DNA from: Phoronis australis
Lineage: Eukaryota; Animalia; Phoronida
DNA length: 64,000 nt
Assembly (NCBI GenBank): GCA_002633005.1
Contig: NMRA01000026.1
Coordinates: forward strand, 552,434-616,433
Reading direction: 5' to 3'
Shown here: positions 23,746 to 33,241 of the stretch, piece after piece
Layout: every line of letters starts with the position of its first letter
How positions within the stretch are numbered: the stretch's first letter is position 1
The notes under the pieces: generated by a model
Databases searched by the model: none
Seen by the model: the letters and a program-made list of their open reading frames with translations, nothing else
Told to the model about the DNA's origin: nothing
Made by a program: the position numbers and the translations under genes

Positions 23746-23981
23746 CAGTGGCAAATCTACGTTTTCAGTAAGGGGGGTTTAGGATTCGAGTGCCTCCGAG
23801 GCGCCGTAGCGCCGAGTGGAAGGAAGGGTTTCCCCCCTCCCGTGTAACATTTTTTGTGGTTTTTAGTAACTGATTTCATTTTTCTGGAGAAATTTATTTC
23901 AATTTTTAATTTTGATCCTGTCCCTAGGGGAGGTTTGAACTCCCTGAACGACTGACCCCCCTCATTGTAGATCCGCCTTTG
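23746..23981. mobile_element. hAT-like MITE, degenerate 8-bp TSD
   Basis: CAGTGGCAAATCTAC ... GTAGATCCGCCTTTG. Flanks CTTCATCC / CGACATCC (6/8). Confidence 0.6.
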
Positions 23982-24722
23982 CGACATCCGGCCCTTACTA
24001 TTGGAAAGATTTCATGCAAAGTGGCCTATTTTTCTTTTCAGTCATCACACCGTCATGTACGAGCACACCTCTCTCTTCATCACTGGGGCTTATGATACAA
24101 AAGTAGGACAGTTTTCAAATGTTTTTTGCTTTATTAATCTGTTATGTTGGTTTGCCAATAGCGCCATCCTGCCTACACGTCACTTTTTAACAGCATCTGA
24201 AAAGTAATATCGGTGACCCATCTTCAATATCTGACAAACAACTAAAATTGTTAACGCTGAACAATTTTGCGAGGCCGTTTTAATATTAAAAATAATTTCC
24301 CTCAGTTTAGTTTTTTTTAGCAGTGAGCGACATGTCAGTAGAAATTTTTATTGTGACCGCTAGATGTCGCGGAAGATTTTCGAAAGCTAAACAGTCGCCA
24401 GGGGGAGAGAAACATGCCTCGTATGATTGCGCCAACATTCAAGTAGGACTTCACTGCATCAATGATAGCTGTTGCACGTTGTGCTTAAAGGTACACTGGG
24501 AATCCGTCAGGGATGGATCAACAGTGCTGTAGTGCGGTTTACTCAACTGGCGTTGATGTTACTTCATTTATCATGCGGTTTTCCTCAGCGGCTGAGGACC
24601 TCAGCCCGGCCTCACTCAGTCTCTGTCTCTGAGTCTTTTCACTTTTGTCATCATTGACGATGTCACTCTCAGTCTCAAGCTATTGGATTCTGTAGAGAGT
24701 GAACTCCTATGTTTCTTTTACG

Positions 24723-25027
24723 CATAGGAGAGGGACACCTTTAGGAGGGCCCTTGACCCTTCCAACTCGAATACTCCCGTAATCAAACTTTTTCTTCAGT
24801 CAGTGTTTCGCTCAGTTGGCCAAATCGGCAACTGACCGTTTTTAACACTGCACGCGTTCCTCAGTAGTGGGCATGGTAAAATAGGAGCGCGCAGTGTTAA
24901 AAATGGCCAGTTGCCGATTTGGCCAACTGCGAACGAAACACTGATTGAAGAAAAAGTTTGATTACGGGAGTATTTGTTCGAGTTGGAAGGAATTAAAGAT
25001 GAGGGCCTCCTAAAGTGTCCCTCTATG
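24723..25027. mobile_element. Foldback (palindromic) MITE with ~140-bp arms
   Basis: Left arm about 24723-24861 is the reverse complement of about 24882-25027, e.g. AATACTCCCGTAATCAAACTTTTTCTTCA / TGAAGAAAAAGTTTGATTACGGGAGTATT. Loop about 20 nt. Confidence 0.9.
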
Positions 25028-26595
25028 TTTAAAAGGGACGTATAACAACGTGACTTTGATGTTTTGATCAGTGTGAGGCATAATTCACCGAAAAGCTTCT
25101 GGCGTATGAAGCGCCAAAGGTCACTGTCTATTGAATTCTCGATGAGTCTGAATTTGATTCAATCTCGAGTTTTCTTGCCTCTGCTCAGAGTCAGACTTGG
25201 CGCTTTTACAACTCTGGTACCTCTAGACACATAACCCGTCTGTAAAAAAGTATTTACAGGGTACCCCCAGTAACAGTAGTAATTACCTAGTAATTCCTCC
25301 AACCCGTCGGGAATCGAACTGGACCAGCTCAGTACTCGCATAAACTAGATGTTGTCACTTGGTACAAAGCTATGTTTTTATGCTAGTCTCCATAATCAGG
25401 CTATGCGCTGGCTAGTGGTCATTGTTGTTATTCATTGAAAACTGGTTCCCGGCAGCCTATTTCACGAGGGACTGGTTAACTCGACCTTTACCTCCACCCA
25501 CACCAAAGTAGTCCGCTTTTTCACACATACTGCTATGCTGACATACCAAATATTTTTGCGCTTTTCAGCATCCATTTAACCGACGCACTTAAATGGGTAT
25601 TTTGAGGGTGTTGTGGCAGACATGTGGCTCTTGCGGTGTGGCCGAGTTCCAAATGTCGTGCTTTTCCATTTTAAATGTTGGAAGCTATGGGTAAAACTAG
25701 TTATAGAGAACCAGTAGCATTTCCAATCGCCTAAAGGCTCAAGCTCTCATGTGCGAGTATTTATTAGCCCTGTGATCAGTGTGGCAACCACAGCCTTCTT
25801 TTACAACATTACTAGCCTGGGTTAAAGTTGTCTGAACTTTCATTGTTCATCTGGGATTCGAACCTGTGACCCCCTGAATCTCATAACCACAAATTCTCAT
25901 GAGAATCTGGAAAGTGGGGTCAACTTATCATTAGTCAAATCTTACGCTAACGGGATTTGCACGCAAGTGGACGACAAAGCATGCACTATTTACCCCATAG
26001 TGTCCAGCGAAGGTCTTGGCATAGCTGAGGCTTGATGGCGCTGTCAAGGATTGAAGTGAACTAGTGACTATTCGTGAACTTGGCTGAATGTGCTGGATTA
26101 GATAATTGCGGTCGTAAACTAACACTCCTGTTTAGTGTACGAGTTTCAAAGTAAAAAACGAACATTAAGTAAGGCAAACAATCAACGTGACTGTTTTTAA
26201 AATTGAAAAGTAAATAGTAGCCATCGATGCATTGTAAGAGCAATCAGCAAAATAGGCTTTCGTCAGCATCTTGGCTAAACCACCAGGATAATTTGTGAAT
26301 CGATTAAGACAGGTTAGTCACAATATGACTTAGGTGTTGGGGTTACAAAACCCCAAACGTTAGCCCTACAAGTTGTCCCATGTCTTTCAGTAATTATCAT
26401 CTGTAATACCCCATGAACAATATTGCTTGAGGCCAAGAGTTTTGTGATGGTTTCAGTGCACTGATAGGACTATAATTATTAAGCTGAACTCGTCACATCA
26501 ATACAAGAAATGTTGTACTAATTGTGGGCAGATTTTTTTTGCCTGTAAAGACTGCTCACTGATTTTAATGCTGGTAACGAATCTGCCAGTGTCTT

Positions 26596-26832
26596 CAGGG
26601 CTTGGAATTTTCCTCTTTTAAGAGGATTTCCTCTTTTTTGTTTTCGATTTCTTCTCATGCGTTTTCCAGTTTCCTCTTTTGTCATGTCTTTTTATCATTA
26701 TTTAGATTTTATTCACCCAAAAAAGTTTATTTCAATTAAATTTTACACCACAAAACATTTCTATTTATTTGTGGAACGATACGTCACCTGGAAAATTTTC
26801 CTCGTTTTTGTCATTGGTCATTCCAAGCCCTG
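26596..26832. mobile_element. hAT-like MITE, same TIR family as 6073-6581
   Basis: CAGGGCTTGGAATTTTCC ... TTTTGTCATTGGTCATTCCAAGCCCTG. Flanks TGTCTT / TTTCTT (5/6). Confidence 0.85.
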
Positions 26833-26999
26833 TTTCTTTCAATGCTAATTTTTTTGTGCTGTTTACCAGCAACGCTCGCAGACAAGCTAGATCTTATCAG
26901 TATTGTGGTTTGAAAAGCCACGGTGCTTTTAGTTGGATTGTTCATGAAAGTCACAAACCGACATTTCTGGTAATATCGTAACCATCTCACTATTGTTAC

Positions 27000-27411
27000 C
27001 AGTGTTATGTAGGCTTCTCGTGGGGGTTCGTTGGCAATGTAGTTGTTGAAAAATCTTCCGGCACCGAGACTTCAACTGTGGTTTCTTGCGTGAGAGCCGA
27101 GCGTCTAAATCTTTCAGCCAATATGCAATTGTCGCTTGCACATTCGGAAGTTCCATGCCACAACACTCCTCTCCCTTCTACAGATCAAGTGTTCCGCCTG
27201 TCCCCAGATGGGATACGTCTCTGGTCTGGGTTTCCACTGTAGTTGTTGGAGCCCCATTCCGGACTGCCCCGAGAGGAGTGCTGACAACCCATCTGGTCAT
27301 GGGTTCTACCGTTGTTGGGCACCAATGTTGAAAAATCTGTCGACACCGCGACTTGAACCCGGGTTTCCCGTGTGAGAGCCAAACGTCCAAACCATTCTGC
27401 CAACAGGTGAC
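27000..27411 (-). mobile_element. Two tandem tRNA-headed SINE-like units (282-bp period)
   Basis: Minus strand: A box TGGCAGAATGG (27402-27392), CTC anticodon-like loop, B box GGTTCAAGTC (27359-27350). A second, more decayed head lies at about 27128-27060. Confidence 0.7.
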
Positions 27412-27550
27412 TCTAGGTCATACCCAGAAGTCACCTGTCACAACACGTAGTTCCAAACTCATTAGCCAATAGCCAATTGGTCTGTATGCGAGGTCATGAA
27501 ATATCTAAGTGATACTAAATATTAAGTACTAAATGAGGTATGGTTAATGA

Positions 27551-27790
27551 TACACTCATAGTGGTCATTGCTGAGCACTTTTTCCTTTTTTTCTTGGTGG
27601 AAGCTGGGATTGAACTAAGGACGTTTAGATTATCAGTCCAGTACTCTAACCACTGCACCATCGACTCGTCCCAAGTTCAATCCCAGCTTGCGCCAAGGAA
27701 AAACTAAAAATGCTCATCATTGACCACCATGAGTGTAACTCCTGAAGATGGCCGGAGAAATGACCGACCAAAATGTCGTGCCAATGTAAA
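27551..27790. mobile_element. tRNA-headed element in inverted (divergent) duplication, followed by decayed hammerhead motif
   Basis: Arms 27551-27623 and 27667-27737 are reverse complements. Minus-strand head has A box TGGTGCAGTGG and B box AGTTCAATCCC. CTGAAGA-TGGCCGG..CCGACC-AAAA-TGTC at 27742-27777. Confidence 0.65.
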
Positions 27791-30182
27791 TAGGCTAGAG
27801 GTTGATGTATATAGACATTAAATGGGACCAGGTCCTTTGTTATCCGTATTCACAGAGCTGCACTGCGAATTTCCCTGTCTGTCTTGTTTACACAAAAGTA
27901 CTTTGTCACAATGTATGTTATTAACCCGCTTCTCTTAGAATATCTGAAAGACAAAATAGGTGATGATACTGCTGGCAGTTTCTGATATCGTGTCAAAAAC
28001 TGTCCGTGCATCATTTTAATTCATTGTCCTAATTATGAAAAAGTTTAAAGGTGTAACAGTAAAGTCTCCTCGATTTCGAACAAGAATAACTGGCAAAATT
28101 GTTCGCCTTTCCCCCAGCTTCTCATCCATCCCCCTTTTGCCCTATTCCCTCTCATGTAGATACCCTGATGGCCCATTTCCATAGAGAACCCTGTTTTAGC
28201 AGATACATTTCGCTTTTTCCTTTTTATAAAATTAACAAATTCCTTTTTTTTTCTGTTTCAGAGTCATAAAAGCATAAAAGTGATGTGTGAATTGCCTGTA
28301 TCTTTTCTGCTGATTGGTTTTGCCGATAACTTGCTGTATGCCATGTTTTTTGTTGAAAATCATGTCATTTGATGGATAATATTTTTAATTTCTGGTAATT
28401 AAAAAACAAAAATAGAATGATTGCGTTTACTATTAAAATATCTCAATTTTGTTTTGAAACTTCTGATTCCATGAAAAAAGTTAAATTCCATGAATTCTGT
28501 TCGTTTTCTGTTATCATAGAATCTGCGACCCCCTTCTCTTCACTTACAGTGTCTGTGTGGCTCACGTGTTTTTACTCCATCTTTCTCAGTCCGGCCCATC
28601 CCATCCCATCCCATGCCCCCTTTTCCCCTATTCTTTCTGTTCATGCGCCCCTTTTTCTCTTCTTTTCTGTGTCCTTCCTCTGTCTCTTACACTTTATGTA
28701 ATGATAAATCTCACAGATTATGGCGTAATGGCAGATAAGTAAAATTAAAATTAAATTTTCTCTTTTTTATAAATGATACGTAGTACCAAATTGATGCTTT
28801 TCGTTTTTCATGTTGTTTACCACAGCTACAAACTGACAATATTTTGACAAACTGGGCATTCGCAACAAAAGTGGAAGCCCTTGAACTATAACATAACACA
28901 TTAAAGTGAAAACTTAAGTGATTCAACTGTTTTATACTTAGTAAGTGAATTATCTTTTATGGTTGATTGTATGGTTTTCTTATTTACTTTTTCTTATAAC
29001 GTGCTACTCGGTACTCATTCTGTGCTTATCCGGTCTCTTTTCAGTAATGGATGAGATTAAAAGGAAGATATTGTTCAGGAACTCTCGCCTACAAGAACAG
29101 GTAATTAAATTAAATGTTAATTTAATGCAGATGTTAACATTTGATGCTTCTAGTGGTGTGGGCTTTTCTATGGTTCCACGTCTGCTGATGAATTGTGGGA
29201 AGTCGCACCCGCAGTGAGAGATTGCGGATTGCTACCCCAATCCATCACTATAGGCATGGGCACGAGGAATGCAGAAAAGTCTTATAACTAAAAATGCAAA
29301 CTATAGTCATCACTGTGAAACTGTGCCTACTGTTTGTAGTAACAAAGGTGATTGAAGTTGGCTTAACTTGCCCCTCCCGCCATCTGGTCGCAGATACTTA
29401 CAGATTTTGTCTGTGTATTTTCTCACTCAAGTCTTCCAGTGCCACTTTCACTCACACACGTTCAGTGCTTTGATGAATGCAATGAGTTTAGCGCTCTCTA
29501 TTGGCAAATTCAGTTTTAAGTTTTTGTCTTGGCGAGAGTAATGTGTAGACTTTGATGAAACATCGTCCAAAAGCAAACTTTCTGCCAATCGCCCTCTGTG
29601 GTCAATTGTAATTTTAGTAACGCCATCTGTTGACTGATGCAGAAGGATGCAGTACAAGACAGTGATGAGACAAAATACCATTTCCCGTCATGAAGACTAA
29701 TTTGGTTTACAGCTCTTAAAATAACTATTACGGCGCCACAGTTTTTACTACTACACAATGTCTTAGCCTCCTTACTAACTTTTTTTTCTTAACTTCACTA
29801 AAACGACACAGTCAATTAATCCAATTAATTTCAAATTTGTTGTCAGAAATCAAATTCTGCAGCCTTTCTACTTTCAGAAAATGCATACTTTTAATGAGTA
29901 AAATCGTTTCGCGGATATTTGGCTAATGCCGCAGGTTTGTCGACAAGGTTCTGCGTAACATCCTTAACCAGCTGTTTGAGTTGTGACATCACTGACAGTT
30001 TATAACATTGTATGAAAACAGTATAAAAGTTGTGGATGCATGAAATGAAAAAAATAAATCCATTGCTGTAATGGAAAAGCAGACAAACTTTGTCTACAGA
30101 CAGACAAAGATATATGGACAGACGTGTAGAGCGTTAGGAGCATGGAAATACATCTTTAAATTGGGAAATTCGAATATGAGTG

Positions 30183-30941
30183 CAGGGCTCGACACTATTA
30201 AAATCGCCAGGTCGCATTTTGCGACCTAGCCAAAATCCCAGGTCGCATTTTCAAAATCCAGCTCGCATTCGTAAATGCCAGGTCGCAAAATTTTCCCGCC
30301 ATTTTTACGCGCCANNNNNNNNNNNNNNNNNNNNNNNNNNNNNNNNNNNNNNNNNNNNNNNNNNNNNNNNNNNNNNNNNNNNNNNNNNNNNNNNNNNNNN
30401 NNNNNNNNNNNNNNNNNNNNNNNNNNNNNNNNNNNNNNNNNNNNNNNNNNNNNNNNNNNNNNNNNNNNNNNNNNNNNNNNNNNNNNNNNNNNNNNNNNNN
30501 NNNNNNNNNNNNNNNNNNNNNNNNNNNNNNNNNNNNNNNNNNNNNNNNNNNNNNNNNNNNNNNNNNNNNNNNNNNNNNNNNNNNNNNNNNNNNNNNNNNN
30601 NNNNNNNNNNNNNNNNNNNNNNNNNNNNNNNNNNNNNNNNNNNNNNNNNNNNNNNNNNNNNNNNNNNNNNNNNNNNNNNNNNNNNNNNNNNNNNNNNNNN
30701 NNNNNNNNNNNNNNNNNNNNNNTTTTGAACTTGGATTTGGCAACAACCAAATAACGGTCGGATTAACAAGAGCTGCTTTGTATTTGCCAGGTATCTATTG
30801 AGAAGTGTAAAAACTCAGCTCGCATTCGTTGGAAATTCCAGGTCGCATTTTGCGACTTGATACGAGCTGACAAAAATCTCAGCTCGCATTTCCAAATTTC
30901 AGGTCGCAAATGCGACCTGCAGCTCGTTATGTCGAGCCCTG
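30183..30941. mobile_element. hAT-like non-autonomous element with 5-bp TSD, spanning a gap
   Basis: TIR CAGGGCTCGACA...TGTCGAGCCCTG with GAGTG on both flanks. Subterminal CAGGTCGCA/CAGCTCGCA repeats. Confidence 0.88.
30315..30722. other. Assembly gap (N run)
   Basis: Run of n. Confidence 1.
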
Positions 30942-31984
30942 GAGTGTCTGTGCATTAAATGCAATGACAATTGTCAATTTCTGGGGTCTTGTATTTTGAG
31001 AATAAGGATTATCCACTGAGTAAAAGGTGTCTAACTGGTTCTCAAAATTTGTCTCCTCTGTAAGTGCCTATTGCCAGTCAAACATGGGTGTTAACCTAAA
31101 AGGTTCATGTGCCCACGCAAATTTTTCTCAATTTTTTACCAACATGTACGACGCACATGAACCAAACAGAACCATTTCACGTCTGCTTCAGTAAAAAGTG
31201 TAATCGTGGCAAGCTGATGCTGAAATCCCCTGTTGGTTACCTAAAAGTTGCGTACGATTTGGGAGCTAAAATTCTTGTTATACAAGCATTCGTGAACATA
31301 CAGGCACTTTTAATGAGGTTTCATTCTAATGAATTGTGGGCAGGTATTAAAAAGTGAAGAATGGGCATTTCAGGTGTAGGCGATAAGCGGAACATCGATT
31401 TTAACTTATGTTCAAGCTACACGTCTTTCTATGTGCGGTAATTATTTGCCAATAAAGCAATCATAATGTGGCAGACACGTGAAATTTTATTTCGTCATAT
31501 TTCTCAATGGCACGTGATAATCTTCCAGAACGTTCCGACTTCATAATTAGCCTCGTTCGCTTCAGAAAACAAAAAATAGGATTTTGCGTTTCAACGAAAT
31601 GTAATTGTCTTGTTAAGTAAGGTGAAATCTTGCAACTTCGGGAATTATTTTGTGCGAAATTGAATGGAGTTACCGTAAACTTTACAGTAAGCTGAAGCTG
31701 AATATTAAGTGGTGATATGGCGCCATCTGTCACTACATCTGATGTTTTATTAGGTTGTCAGTCATGTGACTTTATGCAGATATCAACATGTCTGCCTATA
31801 TATAATAACAGTAGTAAGTTTTACAGACAATATAATTACCTTTCATTGACAAGTGTTTGGTTCCATGGTGATAAATGTCCATAATACGATTACAGAATAA
31901 AACTAACACACACAAACACACACAAATCACTCTCATTGTTAGAAAACCCTTAACCTGATTGATCACTGCTATGCGGTCTTTCTT

Positions 31985-33241
31985 CTAGTGGAAATTTGTG
32001 TCCGAGTATTCAGCACTGCCTTTCGATGTCGACGACTGTCTGGTACATTCTAGTAAATTCTGTTGTTCGTAACGACGCCTGTCATGATTGCTGTTAAATA
32101 TAATGTGCTTCTTACAATTAGCATTCATCTCAATATGTTGTTTGTGTGTTGGTCTGCGCTCTACCGCATATTGTCCGTTAGAGTAGACTGACCCATAAAC
32201 CGTTAGCTGTTCCGCTGTTAGCAAACATCTGAAAAAAGTCTGTACGAACGTTTTCCGAAACTTTTGTCCAAAGCTGCAGTAAAGGATGATGTTCACGGCA
32301 CTGTTGAGGGTCACGGAAAAGTTGCGTATCTCCGACAATATTTTGTAGCCGAAAGCAGTCGAGGCGTAATCCATGTCGATGCCATACACCACATTGTAGA
32401 CCAGGGCAGGAACCTGGCATATTATGAACACGATCACTACAGAACTTAACATCACTGTCACATTGTTCTCACGCGACTGTCGAACGTTCATCTGTTCGCG
32501 TCTCTTTTGCGTTGACCTTTTTACCGTCACTATGAGGAATGTGTTTAGCACAGCTAATGCTGCCAAAGGTACGATACACATCATGGGTAAATAGAGGTAC
32601 GCAAAGTAGACCCTCTGGTAGACGCTGTTTTTGCCGAAACTTTGGGTCTTTGACCAGTTGTATATTGTATAATTCTCTCCATTTGTAGTCTCCACCGTTT
32701 TATATTCTAGCCAGCGCGTGATGTTGTACAGTAGCGAAACGATAGACACGACTACTATCACGATGCGAGCGCGTTTAATTGTACACATGGAGCTGGCCCT
32801 CATTGGGTGACATACGGCTATGTAACGCTCGACCGTGAATGAAACCGTCAGCCATATTGTGGAGGTTTGTGCCGTCAGTGCCACAGGATACGCGAAGGGA
32901 ACTATCATTGGAAATACAGATTTTTGATAGCTAGCAAAGCTCGGGATGTCCACAAAGGAGGACAACAGTAACGTGCTTATCAAAACGATGGAGTCCCAAA
33001 TAGCTAGTGACAATAGATAACAGTTGGTTGAAGATCTCATATTACGTCTAGTTAATATGATCATAGTCAGCATGTTGCCCAGCAACCCGAGAACGCATAT
33101 AATGGTGCCCAGTATTCCATTGACAACGTATTTGAAGTCTTTCATGAACTCATTTTCCCAAGTGTCATTTATATTAACAGCAGGAGTGTCTGAGCAGGAG
33201 ATCGTCACGACAAATGTGTCGAAACCAGTCGTATTTTCCAT
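31985..33241 (-). CDS. Rhodopsin-family neuropeptide GPCR, FMRFamide-receptor-like (418 aa, intronless CDS)
   Basis: Seven hydrophobic helices. GN..IILTRRNMRSSTNCYLLSLAIWD (TM1-2), AQTSTIWLTVSFTVERYIAVCHP (TM3), VFIICQVP (TM6), NSAVNIILY (TM7); N-terminal NxT glycosylation sites. The variants CQxP, N(F/I)ILY and no TM3 Cys are typical of the FMRFaR/SPR-like clade. Confidence 0.95.
   Translation of the reverse strand: MENTTGFDTFVVTISCSDTPAVNINDTWENEFMKDFKYVVNGILGTIICVLGLLGNMLTMIILTRRNMRSSTNCYLLSLAIWDSIVLISTLLLSSFVDIPSFASYQKSVFPMIVPFAYPVALTAQTSTIWLTVSFTVERYIAVCHPMRASSMCTIKRARIVIVVVSIVSLLYNITRWLEYKTVETTNGENYTIYNWSKTQSFGKNSVYQRVYFAYLYLPMMCIVPLAALAVLNTFLIVTVKRSTQKRREQMNVRQSRENNVTVMLSSVVIVFIICQVPALVYNVVYGIDMDYASTAFGYKILSEIRNFSVTLNSAVNIILYCSFGQKFRKTFVQTFFRCLLTAEQLTVYGSVYSNGQYAVERRPTHKQHIEMNANCKKHIIFNSNHDRRRYEQQNLLECTRQSSTSKGSAEYSDTNFH

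Noticed and set aside
24323-24532. Possible exon/ORF after a strong acceptor (ttttttttagcag)
   Set aside because: No recognisable protein and no partner exons could be chained to it.
25100-25345. Another tRNA-headed element with a possible inverted or ribozyme segment
   Set aside because: Only a B-box-like motif and a 9-bp inverted match; too decayed to support a call.
27340-27411. Functional tRNA genes at 27.1, 27.4, 27.6, 44.7 and 45.1 kb
   Set aside because: A/B boxes are present, but acceptor and anticodon stems are imperfect and each head runs into a repeat body; they are SINE-like heads.
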